A stretch of DNA of 43,515 nt from Polyangiales bacterium. GTDB taxonomy: Bacteria > Myxococcota_A > Polyangia > Polyangiales > Houyiibacteriaceae. The notes beneath the pieces are model-generated. The model saw only the letters and a program-made list of their open reading frames with translations, made no database searches and was not told the origin of the DNA. Location of the stretch: assembly GCA_049691835.1 (NCBI GenBank), contig JBAVOF010000443.1, forward strand, positions 1 to 43,515, in the 5' to 3' direction. Of the stretch, positions 27,484-34,685 are shown one piece after another (within the stretch, counting starts at the first letter, position 1; the number at the start of each line of letters is the position of its first letter). A program made the position numbers and the translations under genes.

Positions 27484-28629
27484 GTGAAGAACTACCTTTT
27501 CGAAACGGACGAGCATCGTGCGCTGCGTGAGCAGATGCGCCGATTCGCGGCGTCGGTCATCGCGCCGAACGCGCACGTTTGGGAAGAAGCCAACGAGTTC
27601 CCCCGAGACCTGTATCGGCAATCCGCTGAGGCGGGCTTTCTCGCTACGGGTTATCCGGAAGAGATCGGTGGGGATGGAGGCGACCTCAGTCACGTTCTGG
27701 TGGCGGCCGAGGAGATGGTCCTTGCCGGTAAGTCGGTGGGCACCTGTGTGGGCCTCGGTAGCCACGGAATCGCCCTACCGCCGATTGTTAAGTTCGGCAC
27801 TGACGCCCAGAAGGAGCGCTATGTCCGACCGACGCTCAGGGGTGAAAAGATCTCTGCGCTCGGAATCACGGAGCCTGGCGGTGGCAGTGACGTCGCTGCG
27901 GTTCAGACCAAAGCCGTTCGAGATGGCGACCACTACATCGTGAACGGCGCGAAGACCTTCATCACCTCGGGCACCCGCGCGGACTTCGTCACGACGGCTG
28001 TGCGGACCGGAGGCGAAGGGCACGGCGGCATTTCGATGCTGCTCATCGATTCGGACACCGAGGGCTTCAGTGTTGCCAACAAGCTCAAGAAGACTGGTTG
28101 GTGGGCAAGCGATACCGCCGAGCTCGTTTTCGAAGACTGCCGTGTCCCGGTGGGAAATCTCATCGGTCAGGAAGGCGCTGGGTTCTTGATGATCATGACG
28201 AATTTCGTCACCGAACGTCTGATGCTTGCTGGGCAATGCGTCGCGATCGCAGAGCTCGCCTACCGGGAGTCCGTGGACTACGCGAAGCAGCGCCAGGCGT
28301 TTGGCAAGAGGCTCGCTGGCTTCCAGGTCATCCGTCACAAGCTCGCGGACATGGCGACCCAGATTGCGGCGGCCCGCGCGCTCACTGGCGAGTGTGTCAC
28401 TCGCTTCCTCGCCGGGGAGCAGACGCCATCACTGGCTGCCATGGCCAAGAACGCGGCCACCGACATGTGCTCGAGCGTGTGTGACCAGGCGGTGCAAATC
28501 CATGGCGGCTACGGTTACATGCGAGAATACGTCGTGGAGCGCCTCTACCGCGATGCCCGCCTCTACCCGATCGGTGGTGGAACCCGTGAGATCATGAACG
28601 AAATCATCAGCAAGGTAGAAGGTTACTGA
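27484..28629 (+). CDS. Acyl-CoA dehydrogenase (IVD/LCAD-like catalytic arrangement)
   Basis: 381 aa with an ACAD fold. The C-terminal motif is YPIGGGTREI, with Gly where MCAD has its catalytic Glu. A candidate base Glu lies in NFVTERLMLAG, as in the isovaleryl- and long-chain types. The GTG start is 15 nt after the rpoC stop. Confidence 0.88.
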   Translation: MKNYLFETDEHRALREQMRRFAASVIAPNAHVWEEANEFPRDLYRQSAEAGFLATGYPEEIGGDGGDLSHVLVAAEEMVLAGKSVGTCVGLGSHGIALPPIVKFGTDAQKERYVRPTLRGEKISALGITEPGGGSDVAAVQTKAVRDGDHYIVNGAKTFITSGTRADFVTTAVRTGGEGHGGISMLLIDSDTEGFSVANKLKKTGWWASDTAELVFEDCRVPVGNLIGQEGAGFLMIMTNFVTERLMLAGQCVAIAELAYRESVDYAKQRQAFGKRLAGFQVIRHKLADMATQIAAARALTGECVTRFLAGEQTPSLAAMAKNAATDMCSSVCDQAVQIHGGYGYMREYVVERLYRDARLYPIGGGTREIMNEIISKVEGY

Positions 28630-29357
28630 GAGCTTTGCGCGCCCAGGATGATGCCGCGTTCGATGAAGTCGGCGATCATCGCCGAGAGCTTTTCGACGAA
28701 CGCGGGACTGATCTCGGTTCGGTAGACGGCTGCGACTCTTTGAACGGACCCGGTGACGGTCTCATCGGCGCATTGCCAAGCCTCGAGGAGGTCGGCAGCC
28801 ATCGGATTGAGCTTTCGCGGAGTCACCTTGTGGCGCCTGTCGCGGTAGAGGCAAAGGATCGTGGGATCCGGTTTGTAGCCCGAGTCTGGCGTGGGTTTGC
28901 GGTGGACCGGATACGCGAGTCTCAGAACCTTCAGCCCGGCGGCGAGGACCGGCTTTCGGTCGAAGGCAAACTCGGTCGCTCCTGTCGGGTCTGAGGCGGC
29001 ATGCCGCACGTCCCATGCTGTGATCTCGTAGCGTGCGAGGTCGGCGACCCAGGGTTCCTCGGTGCTTTGCCAGATCGGGATCGCGAACTCGGCGAGCTCC
29101 GTGGGGACGTGACGGAAATATCGGGTCTGGGGCCCTCCCTGGCTCAGCCATTCATCGACCGCTCGACTGAAGGCTTCTTCTCCGATCGCGTGTTTGGTGC
29201 GGGCGAGGGCCGTTCCTGCGAGACCCACGAGCCTGTTGCGCACCAGGTCACGGTAGATCAGCCATCGCTCGCGCGAGCCCAGGATTGCGAGGTCCGCCTC
29301 GCTCGGCTCCAGGCCGAAGCAGACGCGGTGCATGGCCTTCACCTGATCAGCGAGCAT
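28623..29357 (-). CDS. DUF2063-family RiPP maturation partner (HvfC/BufC-like)
   Basis: I prefer ATG 29357 (MLADQVKAMHRV...), which overlaps the upstream DUF692 stop by 11 nt. The segment LIYRDLVRNRL...AIGEEAFSRAVDEWL...YFRHVPTELAEF fits the DUF2063 N-terminal pattern as I recall it. The longer ORF back to 29576 would overlap the DUF692 gene and was rejected. Confidence 0.65.
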   Translation of the reverse strand: MLADQVKAMHRVCFGLEPSEADLAILGSRERWLIYRDLVRNRLVGLAGTALARTKHAIGEEAFSRAVDEWLSQGGPQTRYFRHVPTELAEFAIPIWQSTEEPWVADLARYEITAWDVRHAASDPTGATEFAFDRKPVLAAGLKVLRLAYPVHRKPTPDSGYKPDPTILCLYRDRRHKVTPRKLNPMAADLLEAWQCADETVTGSVQRVAAVYRTEISPAFVEKLSAMIADFIERGIILGAQSSQ

Positions 29358-30189
29358 CGTCCGCCCCTGTTGCGCTGCGATAAATCGTCCAAAGCTCATC
29401 CACCTCGGACAGCAGCTCGTCCAATGGCGGCACGTTGTTGTCGCGTTCCAGCAAGACGGGGACAGGCCCAGTCTTACGCAGCGCGTAGTCGAGCAGCTCG
29501 TACACCTCGTCTGGGATCGGCTCGCCGTGGGTGTCGATTCGCAGGCCATCATCCCGGACGAAATGACCTGCCACATGGATTTGCACGACCCGTTCCGCGG
29601 GGAGCTTGTCGATGTAGGCCTTTGGATCGAACCCGAAGTTCCGGCTGTTGACGTAGATGTTGTTCACGTCCAGAAGCAGCTTCGCGTCTGCACGCTCCAG
29701 CACGTCGTTGACGAAGTCGACCTCCATCAAGCCATCAGCGCACTGTGGCGCATAGTAACTCACGTTCTCCAACGCCAGAGGCACACCGACGGCATCTCTC
29801 ACTTCGATGAGTCGTTGCGATGCGATCTTCGCTGCCTCGTCGGTGAATGGTAGCGGAAGGAGGTCGTGGAAAAAGCGGTCGTCGACCCCGCCGATGCAGA
29901 GATGCTCGCTGTGCCACGGGATCTCGAGATCTCGCAGAAATGCTCCGAGCTCGTTCAGGTAACTTTGCTCGAACGGTTCTACGGACCCCAAGCATGTGCT
30001 CAATCCGTGCGTCACGACCGGCCAGTGTGCTCGGGCTCGCTCCAAGAACTCGTGATACCGGCCGCCTCGGCCAACGTAGTTTTCAGGGTGGATTTCCAGC
30101 CACGCAACACTCTCCGGCTGTCGATCGAGCAGATCCGTCGCCAGGTCGTACCGAAGCCCCAGTCCGATTCCCGTGATATCTCGACTCAT
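29347..30189 (-). CDS. DUF692 / MNIO (multinuclear non-heme iron oxidative) enzyme, MbnB/HvfB/BufB-like peptide maturase
   Basis: Typical DUF692 blocks are GIGLGLRYDL, WLEIHPENY, VTHGLS, PWHSEHL, LALENVSYY, LLDVNNIYVNS and IHVAGH. The start is probably ATG 30189, with GTG 30225 as an alternative. Confidence 0.85.
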   Translation of the reverse strand: MSRDITGIGLGLRYDLATDLLDRQPESVAWLEIHPENYVGRGGRYHEFLERARAHWPVVTHGLSTCLGSVEPFEQSYLNELGAFLRDLEIPWHSEHLCIGGVDDRFFHDLLPLPFTDEAAKIASQRLIEVRDAVGVPLALENVSYYAPQCADGLMEVDFVNDVLERADAKLLLDVNNIYVNSRNFGFDPKAYIDKLPAERVVQIHVAGHFVRDDGLRIDTHGEPIPDEVYELLDYALRKTGPVPVLLERDNNVPPLDELLSEVDELWTIYRSATGADDAR

Positions 30190-30254
30190 TGTGTATTCTC
30201 GGAAAGGGAGAAGCCGCGGCGACACAGGCCACCGCGGCTTCCATCATCTATGCG

Positions 30255-30276
30255 GCCCCAACCCAACCGCTGGGGC
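30255..30276 (-). promoter_or_regulatory. Intercistronic stem-loop between the precursor gene and the DUF692 gene
   Basis: On the minus-strand RNA this reads GCCCCA-gcgguugggu-UGGGGC, a perfect 6-bp stem. It begins 9 nt after the precursor stop codon and has no U-tract on that strand. Confidence 0.35.
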
Positions 30277-30284
30277 TTTTGCGT

Positions 30285-30539
30285 TCACTTCTCGCCGCAG
30301 CTACCTTCACCGCAGCTGCCTTCTCCGCAGGCGGCTTCCGTCGCTGATTCCGCAGCGTCGGTCGCTGATTCCGCAGCCTCGGTTGCTGATTGCTCAGCGG
30401 ACGCGGCAGCGGCACTGGCCGCCTCGGCGCCTGCCGTGGCCTCGCTCGCCTCCGGACCATCGTCGGACTTACAGGCGGCCGTCATGCTGAGAGCCGCAGT
30501 GGCCATGGCGATGATCGTATGCTTGAGTGCTGAGTTCAT
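30285..30539 (-). CDS. Candidate RiPP precursor: signal/lipobox peptide with an acidic repeat linker and the C-terminal Cys motif EAACG-EGSCG-EGSCG-EK (HvfA / EGKCG-bufferin-like)
   Basis: ATG 30539 is preceded by GAGGAAAG 5 nt upstream. The 84-aa product is MNSALKHTIIAMATAALSMTAAC|KSDDG...SAEQSAT EAAESAT DAAESAT EAACGEGSCGEGSCGEK. It lies immediately upstream of, and co-directional with, the DUF692 and DUF2063 genes. Confidence 0.6.
   Translation of the reverse strand: MNSALKHTIIAMATAALSMTAACKSDDGPEASEATAGAEAASAAAASAEQSATEAAESATDAAESATEAACGEGSCGEGSCGEK
30294..30401 (-). repeat. In-frame coding tandem repeats: 3 x 15 nt (30294-30338) and 3 x 21 nt (30339-30401)
   Basis: The first two 15-nt units are 13/15 identical, and the units encode EGSCG, EGSCG and EAACG. 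The first two 21-nt units are 19/21 identical, and the units encode DAAESAT, EAAESAT and SAEQSAT. All were aligned by eye from the sequence. Confidence 0.85.
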
Positions 30540-30931
30540 GTTTCTTTCCTCTTTCTCGTAAAGCATCGGGAGCGGTTAGAACGGCCCCGGTCGATGCAAC
30601 GAGGCGTCAGGGACCAATCCCCTTCCCCCGCTTCGTTAGTCACGCACGCTAGCGAACCCATTCAAAGGCCGCAAACCAAAATCCAAACGCGCGTCACGCC
30701 CCTGGATACGTTGGCGAGCGCGAGATGTTTCACCTGGATTCGCCCGGTTCAGGATTTTCACTGACCTCATATAATAGAGCAATTTCAGTATGTTACGTGG
30801 TATGATAGGCGGATTTTACCAGCGCTTTTTTCGTGTTCGTCGATCGCGCGCACCGATACTAGCCGTGCCCGAGGGGATGCGCCCGGTGCGACGGTTCACC
30901 ACCGGCTTACAATCTATGACAAGTCCTCGGC

Positions 30932-32263
30932 TCAGTCTCGGATCGTCGCAATGAGCCGATTGCGTCTTGGCGGGCGTCGCTTTCCGATTCGTATGGACTG
31001 GGCGACGCGCTCGGCTCCTGCCTCGAGTAGCTCACGTTTCGATGTGTAAAGCGTTGCGAGATCCTCGCCTGCGTGAACCTGATCGCCGAGCTGAACGTGC
31101 AAGCGGACGCCGGCTCCGGAATCGACCGGATCGTCGGCACGGGTGCGCCCTGCGCCGAGGCCCATCGATGCGTGCCCGAGCTGGAGCGGATCGATGTCGG
31201 TCACGTATCCATCTGCCGGTGCGCGGATCAGAGATCGGTGGCGCGCTAGTCGAAGCCGGTCCGGCGCTTCCACCACGCGTGGATCCCCGCCCTGTGCCGC
31301 GACAACCTGCCGCATCTTCCGTAGGGCGCTGCCATCTGTCACCACGCGCTCGATGCGTCTGAGTGCCTGCGCTTTGGTCTTCGCGACTCCCGCGGCACGC
31401 AGCATCTCGCCAGCGAGCTCGTAGGTGAGCTCTCGCAGGTCGTCTGGGCCTTCACCATGCAGCAGCTCCAGCGCTTCAGCCGTTTCAAGTGCGTTTCCGG
31501 TCGTGTAGCCGATTGGGACGTCCATGTCGGTGAGGAGCGCGGAGACCCGTTTCCCGGCCAGTGTTCCGACTTTTACGAGGCAACGAGCGAGCTCCTTGGC
31601 GTCCGACTGAGTCTTCATGAATGCGCCGCGGCCCACCTTCACGTCCAGCACCAGGGCGTCGATGCCTTCGGCAAGCTTCTTCGACAGGATGCTCGAGGTG
31701 ATCAGCGGAATCGACTCCACCGTTCCTGTGACGTCCCGAAGCGCATACAAGCGCTTGTCCGCCGGCGCGAAGTCGCCGGTCTGCCCAATCAGCGCGCAGC
31801 CTATCTTGCGAAGTTGCGACCGAAACTGCCGGACTGACAGATCGACTCGAAACCCCGGAATTGATTCGAGCTTGTCGAGCGTCCCGCCGGTGTGGCCGAG
31901 CCCCCGTCCGCTCATCATCGGCACCACTACCCCAGACGCGGCGACGATCGGTGCGAGGCAGATACTGACCTTGTCGCCAACGCCTCCCGTCGAATGCTTG
32001 TCGACTTTGGGCGCATCGATGTCTTCAAGGCTCACTACTGTGCCGCTGTCGCGCATCGCCAGAGTCAAAGCGACGGTTTCCTCGAAGCTCATGCCCTTGA
32101 AAAAGACGGCCATCGCCAGCGCGCTCATCTGGTAGTCCGTGACCGATCCATCCATGAAGCCTGCGATCAGGTCTCGGACCTCCTGCTCGGCGAGCTCGTA
32201 TCCATCACGTTTGCGGACGATCAGCTCTGGTACTACCCGAGGTTGTCGTTTAGCCTTCACCAC
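30932..32263 (-). CDS. deoA: Thymidine (pyrimidine-nucleoside) phosphorylase
   Basis: 443 aa. The N-terminus is IVRKRDGYELAEQEV...DYQMSALAMAVFFKGM, and DKHSTGGVGDKVS and MSGRGLGHTGGTLDKLE are present. Its GTG start overlaps the rnr stop by 1 nt (TAGTG). Confidence 0.9.
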   Translation of the reverse strand: MVKAKRQPRVVPELIVRKRDGYELAEQEVRDLIAGFMDGSVTDYQMSALAMAVFFKGMSFEETVALTLAMRDSGTVVSLEDIDAPKVDKHSTGGVGDKVSICLAPIVAASGVVVPMMSGRGLGHTGGTLDKLESIPGFRVDLSVRQFRSQLRKIGCALIGQTGDFAPADKRLYALRDVTGTVESIPLITSSILSKKLAEGIDALVLDVKVGRGAFMKTQSDAKELARCLVKVGTLAGKRVSALLTDMDVPIGYTTGNALETAEALELLHGEGPDDLRELTYELAGEMLRAAGVAKTKAQALRRIERVVTDGSALRKMRQVVAAQGGDPRVVEAPDRLRLARHRSLIRAPADGYVTDIDPLQLGHASMGLGAGRTRADDPVDSGAGVRLHVQLGDQVHAGEDLATLYTSKRELLEAGAERVAQSIRIGKRRPPRRNRLIATIRD

Positions 32264-34680
32264 TATTTTCGTCGCGTACGCCGGGCCCGCCGTCGCGGCT
32301 CGGCGCCTTGCTTCCTGGCTTCATTCGCCTGCGGTCGGGGCCCCCGACCTCGTCTCCGGGAGGACCCCTTGTTCTGCCGTCTGGGCTCACTACGTCCCTG
32401 TTCCGACTCCCCGCGACGTCGCTTCGTTGCTTCCGTGGGAGGCTCTGCCGGCTGGTGTCGCAAGAGCGAGCCGACGACGTCGCGAGCCTGCACGTTCGCG
32501 TCCTCGATCCGGACTGTGACAGGGTCGTTCATCATGAAGATCTTCGAGGTTCGGACCCCGATGAGACGAATCCCCAGGTCGTCGGGCTGGAAGGTGTCTT
32601 CGAGCTGCTCGAACGGCAGCAGAACGCTCACGAACGGATCTGGGATCTGCACGTAGATACCGAATGGCGCGAAACCTGCGATTCGGCCATCGAGCTCCTC
32701 GCCGATGTGGTTCTGCATATAGATTGTCCGATACACGTCCATCACGTCTCGTTCGACGATCATTGCGCGACGCTCGGACTCGCTCGCCTGGGCCGCTAGG
32801 CGTTGCAAACGTGGCCGCAGCGATGCGGAATCGAGGGTCTCATTGCGAATCATGCTCCTCAGGATGCGATGAACCAGCAAGTCCGGATAGCGTCGAATCG
32901 GAGAAGTGAAGTGCAGGTAATCCTTGGCGGCAAGCGCGAAGTGCCCGGTGGTCGGATCAGTGTCGTAAATGGCTTGCTGCATGGCTCGCAGGAGCAGGTA
33001 CCGCAGCAGTGATGCTTCGTTCGTTCCCTCGATCCGGCGGAGAAACTTGCTCAACTGCTTGGGGGTTGCGGCCGATTCCTCCTCGAGCTCGTAGCCGAAG
33101 GACTTCGCCACCTGGCAAAACATGGAGATCCGCTCCGGGTCGGGCTTGCCATGGACTCGAAAGACGCCCGGCGCGGCGTGCCGTTTGATGTGTGCAGCAA
33201 CCGTTTCGTTCGTCACCAACATCATGTCTTCGACGATCCTGTACGCCTGCCGAATGCCCGGATCCCTGCGCGACTGCACGATGGCCGTTGGCTCCCCATG
33301 CGCATCCAGCACGACCTTCGCTTCCGGTAGGTCGAAATCTAGCGCGCCTCGCTGTGTGCGGCGACGTCGAAGCCGCTGAGATAGGTCGAGGAGAATCTTC
33401 AGCGATTCGATTCGTTTGTCTGCGGATGGCTGACGTGGGCCATCTTTGGTCAGACCTAGAGCCCGCGCTACCCCATCGTAAGAGAGCTTCCCCTGTGATC
33501 GCATCACTGCTTCGAAGATGCGATGGGAGGTCACATGCGCCTTCTCGTCGATATGCATCTCCACCGCCATGCAAAGGCGATCCCGGTTCGGTACCAGTGA
33601 AGCGAGATTGGTGGACAGCTCCGGCGGCAGCATTGGGATGGCGCGGTCAGGAAGATAGACACTGGTCCCACGACTAATCGCTTCGCGGTCCATCGCGCTT
33701 CCCTCGGGCACGTAGTGGGAGACGTCCGCGATCGCGACGACGAGTCGAAATCCCTGACCTTCGCGGCTGACCCAGATTGCGTCGTCATGGTCGCGGGCGG
33801 TTTCTGGGTCGATCGTGACCAGGTCGAGGTCTCGCAGATCCTCACGGTCCCTCAAGACATCGCGTTCCACGCGCGGCGGGAGGGCCGCCGCTTCCTGTTC
33901 GACGTCATCGGGAAACGGCTCGCGGATGCCGTCGCGGATCTTGATCTTCTCGACCTCGACCCTCGCAATTCCCTGTGCTCCGAGTACCTCCAAGATTCGA
34001 ACCTCGGGCCGGTCCTCGCGCCGCTGCGGGAACGTGACGATCTCAGCGAGTGTGACGCTGTCCTTCTTGACCCCCTTCGGGACCTCTCCGATCACGCGCA
34101 TCGGAGATCGGAGTCGGTCGTCGTCCGGTTCGAAGATCATCCCCCGGCCTCTGGGATGGAGGGTACCGGTCACCTCCTTGAGGCGGCGTTCGACGATGCC
34201 GACGATGCGTCCATCTCGCCCCTTCGCTGAGGGGCGAGCCCGCAATTGAACCGTATCGCCGTGCAGTGCGGGCCCGACTGCATCCGGCGGAATGAAAACG
34301 TCGGGGCTTCCGTCGTAAACATTCACGAAACCGTACCCCTGCCGGGTCATCGTCAGCCGGCCCTCAATCGCTGGGATCACGGGAGGCGTGAAGTCAGGTA
34401 GATCCTTTGCGCTCGTCTTTCGTCCGCGTTCCCGTTCGGCCCGGATTTTCTGGCGTCCGCGCTTCTCATTCTTCGATCCGTCGAGCGCTCGGAACCGTAA
34501 GCCCGGCATCTCACGGACGCGATTCTCGTCGGCAAGCAACAGGAGGCGCCGGACGACTTCGTCACGTTCGTCCCGCGGGACGTCGAGGCGTTCGCAAAGC
34601 GCACCAACGTGCATCGCACGAGGGGCGTGTGCCTGCAGGACCTGCAGGATCTGATCTTTCTCAGGAATTTCTTTTTTCAT
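32263..34680 (-). CDS. rnr: Ribonuclease R
   Basis: The RNB domain carries TIDPETARDHDDAIWV, followed by an S1-like domain (GRIAGFAPFGIYVQI) and a Lys/Arg-rich C-terminal tail. I use ATG 34680 (MKKEIPEKD...). The longer ORF to 35031 would overlap the upstream gene. Confidence 0.9.
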   Translation of the reverse strand: MKKEIPEKDQILQVLQAHAPRAMHVGALCERLDVPRDERDEVVRRLLLLADENRVREMPGLRFRALDGSKNEKRGRQKIRAERERGRKTSAKDLPDFTPPVIPAIEGRLTMTRQGYGFVNVYDGSPDVFIPPDAVGPALHGDTVQLRARPSAKGRDGRIVGIVERRLKEVTGTLHPRGRGMIFEPDDDRLRSPMRVIGEVPKGVKKDSVTLAEIVTFPQRREDRPEVRILEVLGAQGIARVEVEKIKIRDGIREPFPDDVEQEAAALPPRVERDVLRDREDLRDLDLVTIDPETARDHDDAIWVSREGQGFRLVVAIADVSHYVPEGSAMDREAISRGTSVYLPDRAIPMLPPELSTNLASLVPNRDRLCMAVEMHIDEKAHVTSHRIFEAVMRSQGKLSYDGVARALGLTKDGPRQPSADKRIESLKILLDLSQRLRRRRTQRGALDFDLPEAKVVLDAHGEPTAIVQSRRDPGIRQAYRIVEDMMLVTNETVAAHIKRHAAPGVFRVHGKPDPERISMFCQVAKSFGYELEEESAATPKQLSKFLRRIEGTNEASLLRYLLLRAMQQAIYDTDPTTGHFALAAKDYLHFTSPIRRYPDLLVHRILRSMIRNETLDSASLRPRLQRLAAQASESERRAMIVERDVMDVYRTIYMQNHIGEELDGRIAGFAPFGIYVQIPDPFVSVLLPFEQLEDTFQPDDLGIRLIGVRTSKIFMMNDPVTVRIEDANVQARDVVGSLLRHQPAEPPTEATKRRRGESEQGRSEPRRQNKGSSRRRGRGPRPQANEARKQGAEPRRRARRTRRK

Positions 34681-34685
34681 TTTAT

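Noticed and set aside
29358-29576. The N-terminal 73-aa extension of the DUF2063 ORF (ORF 28623..29576)
   Set aside because: It is Cys/Thr/Ser/Arg-rich with no family resemblance, and it overlaps the DUF692 3' end by about 230 nt. ATG 29357 gives the classic short overlap with the upstream stop.
30294-30401. A short repeat array that might be mistaken for a CRISPR or other non-coding repeat
   Set aside because: The units are 15 and 21 nt, directly tandem without spacers, in frame, and inside a coding sequence. No cas genes are present in the window.
29866-30561. A 231-aa + strand ORF with striking repeats (SPQLPSPQLPSPQ, ASVADSAASVADSAASVAD)
   Set aside because: It is the antisense mirror of the tandem repeats in the minus-strand precursor gene, and it runs antisense through the DUF692 gene. 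It has no start context and its Pro/Ser/Ala composition is what GC-rich antisense translation produces. The minus-strand reading gives a coherent signal peptide plus a Cys motif next to its maturase.
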